A stretch of DNA of 64,000 nucleotides, from contig OX597826.1 in the NCBI GenBank assembly GCA_951406725.2, positions 40,734,001 through 40,798,000 on the forward strand. Reading direction: 5' to 3'. The stretch comes from Octopus vulgaris (lineage: Eukaryota). The translations under genes and the position numbers were made by a program. Numbering within the stretch: the stretch's first letter is position 1; every line of letters starts with the position of its first letter. The notes beneath the pieces are model-generated. The model made no database searches and had not been told where the DNA came from. It saw nothing but the letters and a program-made list of their open reading frames with translations. Positions 1 to 13,063 of the stretch are shown here, piece by piece.

Positions 1-267
1 TCAGTATTAACATCTATGTTGATAAATTTATAATTAACTAACATCCATCCGTGCAAAACAATTATATGACATTAACAGTCATTTTGTATTAATTAACTCT
101 TAATTAAGATCCTTAAAAACAACATTAAGTAAAATACATTTAGCACACGCATCTCCAAAAATGTTCAAATTCTAAAAAAAAATTTCAGCCTAAAAACACT
201 TCCTAAAATCACTGAAATCTCAAAATTTCTCCCTGCTTTCTAATATGTATGTGAGGTGGTGCGGTTC

Positions 268-353
<86 letters not shown>

Positions 354-361
354 TAGATATA

Positions 362-560
362 TGTATATATATATTGTTGAAATTTACAGAAAAACATGAG
401 ACGAAGAAAGGTGTTTGAACAAGAAACAAGTGTATTAGTTTAACGCTCGGGAAGGTGAGAAAGTCTTTTACGTTTCGAGCCTACGCTCTTCAACAGAAAG
501 GAACATGATGAAATAAACAGAGAGAGAATAAAAAGAGCTTTTGGAGCAAGCGATCAATCA
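362..560 (-). mobile_element. Short non-autonomous PLE/pLTR-like repeat carrying a minimal hammerhead-like motif (family A)
   Basis: Shares TGTATTAGT...CGCTC.GGAA...AAGTCTTTTACGTTTCGAGCCTACGCTCTTC.ACAGAAAG with 59105-59303; inserted next to (TG)n/(TA)n. Confidence 0.6.
465..500 (-). ncRNA. Minimal type I hammerhead-like motif, variant core
   Basis: Minus strand CTTT-CTGTTGA-A-GAG-cgtagg-CTC-GAAAC-GTA-AAAG: stem I CTTT/AAAG, stem II GAG/CTC, palindromic minimal stem III (ACGT); A6 is replaced by U. Confidence 0.55.
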
Positions 561-814
561 ATATTCTTCGGTCGCGATGCTTTCGCAGATTCTCATGACT
601 CTCTGTCTTCATCCAATTCCATTATTATGAATTTGAATTAGGAGCTTGAGTCACAGTGAAATTTTCCAGTGGCTGATCACACAGTTATGGATGTCACCCC
701 TACGGATATGTTGCAGTTACTCTCTTGATAGAGCTTGCTGATCCTGACAGTTGATCCAGGATTCCTCCGCTCAGAATCAATGTAAAAAGCTCCATTGGCT
801 CAGTTGACAAAGGC

Positions 815-858
<44 letters not shown>

Positions 859-883
859 GCTCGCACGCGCACACACACATATC

Positions 884-1049
884 CAGGGCCAGCTCGAGGC
901 ACCGGCAATTCGGGCAGTCGCCCGGGGCGCCATGTGCTAGGGGGCACCAATGAGAGCGTCACAAAGACAATGAAATTTCCACGAACGTCAGCTTGTACAC
1001 GCCGAACTTCAACTTGCCCGGGGCGCCAGCATCCCTAGGACCGGCCCTG
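884..1049. mobile_element. hAT-type MITE
   Basis: TIRs CAGGGCCAG...CCGGCCCTG; internal repeat GCCCGGGGCGCCA twice; GC-rich insert in TA/CA tract; 8-bp flanks only partly match (CACATATC/TATATATT). Confidence 0.65.
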
Positions 1050-2077
1050 TATATATTGTATTATGCTTAGGAGCGTTGCGCGATGCCAGAATTTTCCGAT
1101 TCGAGTCGAATAGAATAAAACAAATCACTCCAAATACTTGTTGTTAGAGTATCCGTCTAAATGGAGTAAGGATTGGCAAGCTTGTAATTTACATGAGTCG
1201 TATAATACATGATAATGAAGTCAAACCAAATAATGAGATTATGAATGCATTTAATACATGCGTTTCACATCATTGCGTAATATTTTGAAACGTGTTAATT
1301 GAGGAAGATCTATACAATACTATCACCTAAAATTAAGTCTCATTACATTGCCTTTTATCTTTTGTTATTTATTTGTTTCAGTCATTGGAATGTAGCCATG
1401 CACGGGCACCGCTTTGAAGGGTTTAGTCTACGGGTTCTCAACCAGTTTTTACTTATGAATCCTTTTCTTTACAATTTTATAGCCACTCCCTTCAAAATTC
1501 TTATTTTGTTTCTCCCACATTAACTTGGTGTAGATTGAACTATGTAAAATATTAGAGAAAGACGCTGAGCTGTTTCTTGCAAAAAAATACTAATACATGC
1601 ACCGAAAGTAAAATTTTCTCAGAAGCCCTTACTATTGTGGATCCCCAATTTGCTATTTTGTTGCGAAAACCCACCATCACCAAAAAAATTTTTTATGGAC
1701 CTTCAGAGACCATCATCTGGATCCTGGTTGAGAACCACTGGTTTAGTCGAACAAATCAACTACATTGCATATTTTAAAGCCTGCTACTTATCTATTGCGT
1801 GTGTATGCGTGTGGGGAGGGGGTACATATACATTTACACACACACACACACTAAACTGACTTGAGCATCTTAATTCTGCTACTTTCTTCCATACACATGA
1901 CAATGTTCAACCCGGGTTTGACAAAAGAGGCAAAAGCGATTTCGAATCGTGTGCATCGATTTGGTTGCTACTTCAAGGAGTTCATGATGATAAACAATCC
2001 GAACTGAGGCTTCTTTATCGTCGCAAGCGGTCTCGTTTTCGCCGGTGGTCTCGTTGTCTGACCTAACAGCAGACCAC

Positions 2078-2113
<36 letters not shown>

Positions 2114-2408
2114 AGTCAAGCAGGCAGGCAGTAGTGAATAGGTGCCAGCGTAGTTACTGTCTGAGATATACAATGCCGTTTTGACCTAACCAAGAAAATA
2201 TCAAGATAATAGCCACATGTCTCAACAGTTGCTACCAATTAGATAATTTCTAAGGTGATCTATTGTGGCCGGAAAATGTCTTTCAGTGAGCATAAAAAGA
2301 GAGAAGAAAGAAGAGAAAGAGAGAGAGATGGAGCGAAGGGGTGAGTGAAACGAGAATACGAGAATGACAGAGAAAGCAGACGCGACTGCATATACAAGAG
2401 AGAAAGGT

Positions 2409-2464
<56 letters not shown>

Positions 2465-2973
2465 CAGTCATACATATTTAATCAATATATTGTGTGTGTG
2501 TATGTGTATTTGTATATATCTATCTATATATATATATACATATAAAGTAACAAACTAAGAAAAGGAATTCCTTCAAAGGGGTGTGTAAAAACATCCAATT
2601 CACTGGTACGTCAGTTGAATACCACATAACTATGGGTATAATACAAATTACAGACAATAAATTAAATAGAGAAATACAATTGACAATTCAATAATTTATT
2701 AATATAGCATAATATACTATGAATATAATATAACATAAAAGATTATTAAAAAACCAACAAGCCAGCAATTTGTTTCGACTTGTATACATTATTTGATTTA
2801 TAAACAATTCAATTCACTTATTTAACTCTACCAGAGCTATGGTTTAAAGATAGACGAAATTCTGTGTGAAAGGACGGCTGGATTGGAAAAGAATAATTCA
2901 AATGCTTATGTATTATGAGCGTGAGCGTTAACTTTTCAACTTGGCTAATATAATACGGTTTTTCGCTGGTACA

Positions 2974-4530
2974 ATGGAGAAATTACCTACTGACATATCA
3001 CTGAAAGACATTCTGGTCCAACACAGGAAGGACTTTATGAAAGACCTTATTACTAAGACTTTCGCATTCATACATAGAATTCGTTGGATCACTTTTCATC
3101 ATGAAAGGGATATTGTTAAATAAGGAAACTTTCTTAATGAAGATTTTGAAATTTATAAGAAATTCAAAACCAGAAAATTTCCACCTCCTAACCGTCATTT
3201 GAAGGCTTTTGAGAAGGATATATGGAACATCGTCAAGAATACCAAGTTTGTCAAATATCCCCTTAGAGGGAATGAACACCTGTTGAAAATGAAGGCTCTA
3301 GTATGTGAACTAAAAAAAAATAAGAGCAAAAAGGGAATTATTGTACCTTCGGTCAAAACTGGTAATTTATATCGTTTGGATATTCATAGATATCATGAAT
3401 TAATGGAAAATGAAATTACTCCTAACTATAAAGTAGTAAGTAAAAATGTATTAAGATCTATTAACTTAGAAGCTAAAAAAATTATGAGTGATTTTGATCT
3501 TGAAGACAGAACTGAGCCTTTTGTGCCTAGAAAGCCCAAAATCGTTTTGAAAGATCATAAAGATAACTTTTTCTCCAACCCTAAAGTTAGATTAATTTAC
3601 CCAGGCAGTTCCGACCTGGGTAGATTAAGCAAAATTATTCTAGACAAGTATATACCTAAACTTAAAGAAATATTAAAGCTAGATATCTGGTCCAATAGCC
3701 AGGAAGCCATTAATAGGTTTGATAAATTAGATAATAAAAATAGAGGTAAATTCATTCAGTTCGATATTAATAATTATTACTCTTCAGTTAATCCAATTGT
3801 GCTAAATGGTGCACTTATATTCGCTAGGGAAAATTCTAGCCTCAGCTTAAGAGAAATTAAAGTTATTTTGGAAACCAAGAAGTCCATTATTGTATTTGAT
3901 AACAAATACTGGTCCAGAAAAAATACTAATGATTCTTTTGACATAACCATGAGCTCTGCCGATTCCGCTCAGGTTACTGACTTAGTAGGTATGTACACAC
4001 TATCATTTCCATAATGAATTTCCAGACATTAAAGGTGGACTCTATAGAGATGATGCACTATTTTTGGTTAATAGTCAAACCAATAGAAAAATAAACCTAT
4101 ATATGAAAGATTTCCATAATTGTTTCAAAAGACTTGGTTTATCTCTATAGAAAATGAGCATGATTCAGTTAATTACCTGGGTATTAATCTGAACCTTGTT
4201 ACTGGCCTATACAGTCCTTATCACAAACCCAACAATAATTTAAAATATATCAACTTTCATAGTAATCATCCTAAAGCGATCACAAGAACTTTGGTTAATA
4301 ATGTTTCGAGACGTGTTTCTCATATATCCTCTGATGAGGAAATCTTTATTAATATTGCCGAATATTATAATGATGCTCTTCAAAAAGCAGGATACTGGAA
4401 TAGAATAGTATATTGTAATAAGAATGGGAACTGCAATAAATCTTATCATAATAAGGGAAAATTGATTGATAACGAAGTTAGTGGATCTAATAGTAAAAAT
4501 GTATCCAATTTATTCGTAAGTAGTAATGAC
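2974..4530 (+). pseudogene. Penelope-like retroelement reverse transcriptase, disrupted (stop at 3121, frameshifts near 4010 and 4120)
   Basis: Motifs SLKDI...FIHRIRW; KTGNLY; LKDHKDNFFSNPKVRLIYP; FIQFDINNYYSSV; FDITMSSADSAQVTDLVG; GLYRDDAL (4036-4060 region); thumb YHKPNNNLKYINFHSNHP...RRVSHISS...YYNDALQKAGY. No GIY-YIG domain seen. Confidence 0.85.
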
Positions 4531-4532
4531 AT

Positions 4533-4592
4533 ATTATTTACATTTGACGGGTATTTGTATCCATCTTTGTTGTTAACACAACGTTTCGGCTG
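4533..4592 (-). mobile_element. Inverted fragment of the hammerhead-bearing repeat found at 16288-16455 (3' half of the HHR plus downstream sequence)
   Basis: Reverse complement CAGCCGAAACGTTGTGTTAACAACAAAGATGGATACAAATACCCGTCAAATGTAAATAAT matches 16364-16426. Confidence 0.75.
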
Positions 4593-4597
4593 GTTCG

Positions 4598-4623
4598 TTG
4601 AGGTTGTTATTGTTATTGTTGTT

Positions 4624-4658
<35 letters not shown>

Positions 4659-5310
4659 TGTTGTTGTTGCTATTTTTGTTGCTGTTGTTGGTGGTGGTGG
4701 TAGTGGTGGTGGTGGTGGTGGTGGTGGTGCTAGTGGTGCTGGTGGCAGCAGCAGCGGCGACGGAGACTACGGCAGGGACGGCGGCGGCAGCGGCGGCTAC
4801 GGCGGCAGCGGTGGCGGCTACGGCTGCAGCGGCAGCGACGGCAACCGCAGCGGCGGAAGCGGTGGCAGCAGCGGCGGTGGCAGCGGCAGTGGCAGCGGAG
4901 GCGACAGTGGTGGCGGCAGCGGCAGCGGCAGTGACAGCGGAGGTAGCAGCGGCGACGGCAGGGGCAGCGGCGGCGGCAGCTGCAACGGCGGCGGTAACGG
5001 CAGTGGTAGCAGCAACGGCAGCGGTAGCGGTAGCGGCAGCGGCAGCGGTAGCGGCAGCGGCAGCGGTAGCGGTAGCGGCAGCGGCAGCGGTAGCGGCAGC
5101 GGCAGCGGTAGCGGCAGCGGCAGCGGTAGCGGCAGCGGCAGCGGTAGCGGCAGCGGTAGCGGCAGCGGTAGCGGCAGCGGTAGCGGCAGCGGTAGCGGCA
5201 GCGGTAGCGGCAGCGGTAGCGGCAGCGGTAGCGGCAGCGGTAGCGGCAGCGGTAGAGGCAGCGGTAGCGGCAGCGGCAACAGTGGTGGTGGTGGCAACGG
5301 CGGTAGTAAT
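4598..5310. repeat. Compound GTT/GGT/GGC microsatellite grading into a (GGCAGCGGTAGC)n array
   Basis: Visible tandem units; near-perfect 6/12-bp array at about 5020-5275. Confidence 0.95.
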
Positions 5311-6174
5311 GTTTATTCATATCAGTCTTAATAATATTTGGTTTTATAAAGTCATCAAATCAATTACAAAAATATTAATAAGAAATCTAAGCGATAGGGA
5401 TGAAGGTGATGAGGATTAATGATATGCGTACCTTTCCCAACAACATTAGTACAATATGTGAAACTGTTTTTAATCAAGAATCGAAAACATAACGGCGGAA
5501 GTAACTTATTACGATCACGGAGCATTTTATTTAAAAAGAATAAGTAAAAAAGTAAAAAAGAATAAGTACTTGATAATATTAAGCACAATGACCATGTTTG
5601 GAGAAATTGCTAACAACTCCATGTGATTATCTGTAATTAAAATATGTGACTTTTAATGTATTTTATTTGATTAGTCTATGTTAAAGTGACTATATAATGT
5701 AAATTATTTGATTTCATACAATGTATTACAGCTAAATATTTAAGGATAGGAGAGCAGTAGGCTTGCAGAATCATTAGAGCGTCTGAGAAGAGAGCTGTTG
5801 AACAACAGTCTGACATAAAATGGGCGAAGGCGTGTTTACTGCTAAATGACAAACTTTTTGCGAAACAGTTGTAAAGAAACACAGTTTATTTTTCTGTGCG
5901 AAGAAAGTTAATGGTTTCAGAACAATACTTCAAAGACCGTAGATATAACTACATTATATATGTATCCACACTTCTATATATACGCTATGAATATTTAATA
6001 CTTAATTAATAACGTAGCATTTATTAATTAATAACGTAGTGTCTCGTCTATTTCTCGGTTTCGGAGTATTAAGCTATAGCTCCCAATAAAAGTAAAAATG
6101 TTGAATAAGAAACTAGCGTATATATGCCTTTAAGTATATGCGTATATATGTGTGTATGTTTGTATGTATGAATG

Positions 6175-6208
<34 letters not shown>

Positions 6209-6213
<5 letters not shown>

Positions 6214-7104
6214 TAAATATAAATTACAAAATGGGACAAGAACGCAAAAACACAAAGAGACGAAACAAAAAAAAAAACAGACGGGTCATTCGAAGCCTCT
6301 AATCTTCAGTCGGGAACCGGATCATCTTAGCAATTTCGGCTGATTAATTCTGATGTCGCTCCGACACGGCCAGCCCCAAAGAAAAACTAAGCTATGAGCA
6401 TTAGATTTCTTGGAAAAAGGATCGAATGTATACGAAACAAGGACAGGATGCCACACGAATATAAATACAAGAAACAAAAAATAGAAATAAAAGACAAGAA
6501 TAGTAATAACAGGACAAAACAGCGGGTGTCTTACGACTTCATACAATTTTTAACTTATCTTGGCTGTCGTATTTTGAAAAAATGCCTTTGCGGCAAACGA
6601 AGACAACAGTGTTAACATGGCAGCGGTCAAGCCGAAAAGACCAGTTTGAGCGGCAGTCACGTGAGAGGACAGAAGAGAGAGAAAGAAAAGCAGGGGGCAA
6701 GGAATCAAAGAGAGAGAGAAAGAAAGGGACAAAGGCACCAAGGGGGAGAAAGAGAGAAGGAAGGAATTAAAGAGGGGAGAAGAAACAGCGTGCCAAGGAT
6801 TGGCTTAGCAATAGAAATAATGGTGCAAAATAAGAAAGACGGAGAAATGTAAGAGAGTGGGGGAAGAATCAGAGGCAAGGAAAGAGAAAGACACAGACTA
6901 TAGAGAAAGTGTGTGTAACGAAGTCGTACAAGGTGGAATGTGCATACATAGGAGATAGGGGTACGTTATGCCGCAATAATATATGTATAGAAACTAAATA
7001 TAAATTACAAAATGGGACAAGAACGCAAAAACACACAAAGAGACGACACAAAAAAACAGACGGGTCATTCGAAGCCTCTAATCTTCAGTCGGGAACCGGA
7101 TCAT
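6209..7104 (-). mobile_element. Non-coding tandem (retrozyme/pLTR-like) element: 781-bp unit plus a ~116-bp terminal direct repeat
   Basis: 6209-6325 is repeated at 6990-7104; GA-rich block 6660-6910; flanked by TA tracts; carries a permuted HHR-like fold. Confidence 0.7.
6298..6405 (-). ncRNA. Decayed non-circularly permuted hammerhead-like ribozyme
   Basis: Minus-strand order TCTAA...GGCTG...AGCGAC-A-TCAGAA...CAGCC-GAAATTGCT...TTCCCGA-CTGAAGA-TTAGA; stem II GGCTG/CAGCC, closing helix TCTAA/TTAGA; U16.1 and stem I are mutated. Confidence 0.55.
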
Positions 7105-7151
7105 GCGTATGAATGCGTGTTTTTATGTGTATACGTATACGTATACACATG

Positions 7152-7210
<59 letters not shown>

Positions 7211-7675
7211 CATATATATGTATATACATATATACATACATACACAGACACGCATACGGATGTATGTATACCAATTTAGGTGCATAAGGTATATGATTCA
7301 CCCTTTCTGTATGAATGCGTGTGTGTATGTGTGCGCGTAAGTGAGTGAGTGAGTGTGTGAATGTGCGCGCGTGTGTGTGTATGTGTGTGTGTGTGTCTGC
7401 GTCCGTTCTAGAGAAGCACCAACTAAGCCCCATCATCTTATCTTCTTTCAGTCACCGAATAACCCTGCACCAATCTAAAAGGTTCTTGTGTTCTTATCTA
7501 ATATAAATATATATAGAAATACATAAATACATCAACGTACAATCACACTTATATTTACATACACAGATAGATTCATAAACGAATTGATAGACACGCATAC
7601 ATTCAACAACATAAGCATATATGGATGGGCGTTTCTGTGTTTGCGTATATATGTATATACCCATAACTATATATA

Positions 7676-7715
<40 letters not shown>

Positions 7716-8020
7716 CATATATACGTGTGGATATATGCATATATTTGTATATATACGAATTTATTTGTTTGGGTATGATTTTGATTTTGATTTTTCCAGT
7801 TTCAGCTAATGAGCTGTGGCCATGCTGGGGCACCGCCATTTGTATATATATGTATATATATATTTATATTTATGTACTTCTGGTATATTCTATTGATGAC
7901 GGTAAAGTAATTTGTATTACTAAACCAGAAATCATACGGATTTACCTCAGAATTTTACTAAATCTCTTTTCTTTATTTGTTCGATTTCAGCCTTGTGCTA
8001 ATAATAATAATAAAAATAAA

Positions 8021-8092
<72 letters not shown>

Positions 8093-8109
8093 TTCTTTTA
8101 TTTGCCATC

Positions 8110-8580
8110 AGGGCGAAGGAAGAGAGGGGCGTTACAAAGACAGACATTAAGTGTAGGGTTTACATATAATGAAATGAGAGAAAAAGAATATATATTTATA
8201 CATGTATAGAAAGCATATACAGTATACAATAAGACAGAGTGGGGGAGTATACATAGCATACAATAATAAAAATAAAATAATAAAAAAAATTTTAAATAAA
8301 AAAATAATGGGTGTACGATGATAATGATGCGGCCCTCCTGATACAGGAGGACCTCTAGGGATAATCGAGGAAGCCCATCGTCCAAGATTACCCTGAACGC
8401 CAAAGGCAGGTGCCCGCTGCAATTCCTATTTTCCGAATCAGAGATTTATACTCCGATTGGTACCATCCACTCTTGTCATTTCTGCAACTTTCACCCACTT
8501 TTCAATACATTCACTTAAAGACAGCACCTCCCTCTCCATCCACACTTTCCTTTTCAAGTGAAACTTGAAAAAGTCAATGT
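8110..8580 (-). mobile_element. L1/Tx1-like LINE 3' end remnant
   Basis: Minus strand reads IDFFKFHLKRKVWMEREVLSLSECIEKWVKVAEMTRV, homologous to 43560-43725; followed by T-rich 3' UTR and (TTA)n. Confidence 0.65.
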
Positions 8581-8596
8581 TTGTGCAAATGTTTTA

Positions 8597-8818
8597 TGTG
8601 TCTGTGTTTGTCCCCCAACACCGCTTGACAATCGGTGTTGGTGTGGTTACGTCCACGTGACTTAGCTGTTAGGCAAAAGATATCGATAGAATAAATACTA
8701 GGCTATAAAAAAGTACTGAAGTCGGTTCATTCGACTAAAAAAAACAATTCTTGAAGGTTGTCCTCTAGCATGGCCGCAGTCTAATTTATGATTGAGACAA
8801 GTAAAAGCTAAAAGATAA
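8597..8818 (+). mobile_element. tRNA-derived SINE family 1, 3' half
   Basis: TGTGTTTGTCCCC...CGCTTGACAA.CG...GCATGGCCGCAGTC...ACAAGTAAAAG matches the full copy at 58434-58847. Confidence 0.8.
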
Positions 8819-9245
8819 ACACCAAAAATTCTATTGGACTTTGACAATCTAGACAGGTAGAATAATTGAACACCACAGACCAGTTATGATTGTATATGAC
8901 ATGTGAAAACAATAAATGCTTTATAACAGACGTTGCAATTCCTTGAAACCAAAACATTGCAAACAGGGAATTTCAAAATATCTCGAAATATGATGACTCA
9001 ATATAAAAGCATCAAGATTGTAGAGATGCCCAGCAACAAAAGTGAAACTTGTACTAGTTAACATTAGATGTGTGTACCTACCCTCTTCAGTTAGTATCTG
9101 TGAATAGGTACATCATATTTCAACTACAAGACAACTTTGCTCTTCAGGAACAGTAGATACTTGATGAATACCTGATCAACAACAAAAGATACGGTTATCT
9201 TTGATTCCTACTTTTTGATAGACTGTGTGAATTGCGTTATATACG

Positions 9246-9531
9246 CTTGTTTGTTCCTTCTCGAGCCATGCCTGGCGCTTAAGGGCCGGTTTCCCGGTTT
9301 CTTTGGCGTATAGGTTCCCCACCTGGACGGGACGCCGGTCCGTCGCAAGTGAGCTGCAAGATGCAGGAGGAAAGAGTGAGAGAAAGTTGTGGCGAAAGAG
9401 TCAGTAGAAGTTCGCCATTACCTTCTGCCGGAGCCGCGTGGAGCTTAGGTGTTTCGCTCATAAACACACACATCGCCCGGTCTGAGATTCAAACCCGCGA
9501 TCCCTCTAACCACTAGGCCATGTGCCTCCAC
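9246..9531 (-). mobile_element. tRNA-derived SINE with V-domain-like central block
   Basis: Minus head GGCACATGGCCTAGTGGTTAGAG...GGTTTGAATC (A/B boxes); central GCGACGGACCGGCGTCCCGTCCAGG. Confidence 0.7.
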
Positions 9532-11246
9532 CTGTTATATATGTGGATATCACTTACATGATTCGTAGCTGCCCCAAAATTATTTGCTGCATATCACCTT
9601 GCCAATGAACTTGGCATTGTGGCCCAAACTATTTACAATACCGTCCATACTGATAGTCATACAAATTGGACCAGAACCAGAAAGGGCTCATTTTTTTTAA
9701 AAGGAATACTGTCGGAACATTCCAACAAAAACAGCAGTTTCGATATTGTTTTATGGGACAGGGAGCAAAATGTCTTGTACCTTTGTATGCGTACATATTT
9801 CGGTCTATATGAATATATATGAGTACATGTGTGTTTGTGTGCATGCATGCATGCATGCATGTATGTATCTATGTATCTATGTATTATGTATGTATGTATG
9901 TATGTATGTATGTATGTATGTATGTATGTATGTATGTATGAATGTATGTATATATACATATGTATGAGTGTATGTATATATGTATGTATGAGTGTATGTA
10001 TTAATTGCATGTATGCATATATGCGTATATATATGTATGTTATGTGTGTGTGCGTATGTGTGCACGTATGTTTTGTCTGTACGTATATATTTATGTATGT
10101 ATATACGTACATATGTATGTGTAAATGCATGTATGAACATGTATGTGTGAATACATGTATTGTATGTACATGTGTGAATGTGTGAATGCATGTGTGTACA
10201 TACGTAGGCACATACCTACATACACGCATACATACACGTGTACATACATCCAAACATACACCTAAGTGTCTGTCTGTCTGTCTGTCTGTCCGTGCCTGTG
10301 TGCGTGTGCATACATACAAGGCGTCAACTAGGAGGCAAATTCCTGTTAGTTTTTAAGTATTTACACTTAAACAACAACCATTTCAGACAATTCTTTAATG
10401 CCACCCTCACAAGCAGCAAAGAAAGAAAGTAAAGAAAGAAAGAAAAGACAAACGGCGTATGGACCAAAAGAAACCAGTAAGGAAGGGTATTATAAAAAGT
10501 GGAACATGAAAAGTAGAAAACGAAAAGAGCAAAGAGATAATAGCTAGTGTCAGAATGGAGCGTTGTATACAGAAGATGTCTGTTCGGCAGACATTCTTTG
10601 TTTATAACTTCACAAAATATCAGGTCTGCAAAACCACCGCCCAAAGCCTACATTGGACGTTCACAGGATCTAATATCAGACTTGTTAAAGGTTTCTATAA
10701 AGAAAAAAAAAGTTTTGTTTAAAAAATAATTTTAAGATTGAAAACAAAAGCAAAAACAACTGCTACAAAATGAAAGACTAAGAAAAGGTCAAGCAGTTTT
10801 CATTGACTATCGCTCCATTGTGAGCTTTTTCGACATGTCTTCCTCTTAACTTCTACGATTTATTTATCAGAAGAGAAAGAGTGAAAGACGGGAATTGAGC
10901 AAAATTATACATAATCTCCGTATTTTATACATAATCTGTGTATTTTGAACTTAGTCTATGATGATTTTCTTTCGAATACGTTTCAGTTTCTGTCTTTATT
11001 TTTTTTCTTGGCTAAATTCGAGACGACCACTAACAAAGTGATAAGATTCTTTTGTTTAAATCAAGATAACAGTTGAGGTTTGCGGTTATCGGAATTGGTT
11101 GATGCTTGCATACATGTGCGGGTGTGAATGTGTGTATGACTGAAATTGCACCAGTGAAGTGGATGTACATGACATTTTAGTACAAATGTGTGTGAGTGTG
11201 CTCCGTTACTTTTTGCGTGTGCACGCGTTTCTGTGTGCGTGCGTGA

Positions 11247-11291
<45 letters not shown>

Positions 11292-11292
<1 letters not shown>

Positions 11293-11548
11293 CATCTCTT
11301 GTGAAAGGTAGAAGAGTCCAGTTTGCTGGACGTTGCTGTAGAGCTGAAAACGAGGCAATTTCTACTCTTCTCCTCTGGAAGCCATCTATTCGCGATACCA
11401 GAGGGCGCACACTCTACTACTCTGATGTAATCTCCAGGGATACAGGCATCCAGCAACAGGACCTCCGTAATGCTATGATGGACCGTGAAGTCTGGCGTAG
11501 CGTAGTAAATTCCATTGTCTCGACCACGGTCGAACAATGATGATGATG
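11292..11548 (+). mobile_element. RTE-group LINE 3' end
   Basis: RRVQFAGRC.R...LLLWKP...RGR...DLRNAMMDREVWR C-terminus followed by (TGA)n tail. Confidence 0.8.
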
Positions 11549-11556
11549 TGTGTGTG

Positions 11557-11701
11557 TTTCAGTTTCCATCTACCAAATCCGCTCACAAGGTTTTGGTTAG
11601 CCCGTGACTAAAGTAGAAGGCACTTGCCCAAGGTGCCACGCAGTGGGACTGAACCCGGAACCATGTGGCAGGAAATGAAGCTTCTAACCACACAGCCACG
11701 C
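11557..11701 (-). mobile_element. SINE family 1, 5' half
   Basis: GTGGCTGTGTGGTTAG...GGTTCCGGGTTCAGTCCCACTGCGTGGCACC on the minus strand. Confidence 0.8.
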
Positions 11702-11974
11702 TTAAACATGTATATATATATATATATATATATATAAAACCATAAATATAACAGGTGTATAATCCCACTGGAAATATCTGCCAAAGTCTAATCCAGTCGT
11801 TCGTCAAACTGAAATCTCTCTCTATTGAATTGTGTAAGCGGTTGAGTATACCACAGATATGTTCACTCTATGTAATTCTAGTGTAGAAACAGAGTTACAT
11901 TGTGTATAACAAGATGTAAAAACTATACACGCAAATGAACACACACACACACATACACACATACACATTCTCAT

Positions 11975-12048
<74 letters not shown>

Positions 12049-12146
12049 CTACGTACCGACAACGAAAATCACTTTTCTGAATCACAGCCTCACATATCGA
12101 ATACCTCACTCTATGTGTGTGGTTGGAGTGAGTCAGTCAGTCAGTC

Positions 12147-12215
<69 letters not shown>

Positions 12216-12566
12216 GTGTGTCGGTGTGTGTGCCGGGTGTGCGTGTGTGTGTGTATGTGTGTGTTTTATGCGATTGTCTCCCTCTGCAGCTCATCTATAT
12301 TATTTAGAGAAATTGACACAATTATAAAATAATTAGCATCGCCACCACCACCACCAGCAATATCATCATCACTTCCAACACCACTACCCCCACCACCACC
12401 ATCATCATCTTCATCGTTATCACTACTACCACCATTAACACCACCACTCCACCACACCCGCACCATCTCCACCATTACCATCGTCATCACCACCGCTCCA
12501 CCATTACTATCATCATCATCATCATCGTCATCATCATAATCATCATCATCATCATCATCATCATCG

Positions 12567-12618
<52 letters not shown>

Positions 12619-12833
12619 TATCACTATCACCACCGTCATCACAGCCACTCTCACCATCAACATCATCATTAGTTTTGCTTGTTTAATGTTTTTTGTTCTT
12701 TTTGTATTTTTTTCTTTCTTCCTTTCATTCCACTTTTGACACGAGTTTATGGTTAAGTGCGTTTTCTTGTGAATATACACTCCACATATATATATTACAT
12801 TGTACAACCGTGTGTATATATACAAATACATGC

Positions 12834-12935
<102 letters not shown>

Positions 12936-12978
12936 ATATATATATGTATATATATATATGTATATATATATGTATATA

Positions 12979-13063
<85 letters not shown>

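Noticed and set aside
572-612. Minus-strand ATGAAGA-CAGA...TCTG-CGAAAGC hammerhead-like string
   Set aside because: C3 is missing; stems I and III do not form.
4120-5331. 403-aa Gly/Ser-rich ORF resembling a structural protein
   Set aside because: Chimera of the PLE thumb, an inverted repeat fragment and microsatellite; no ATG start or signal peptide.
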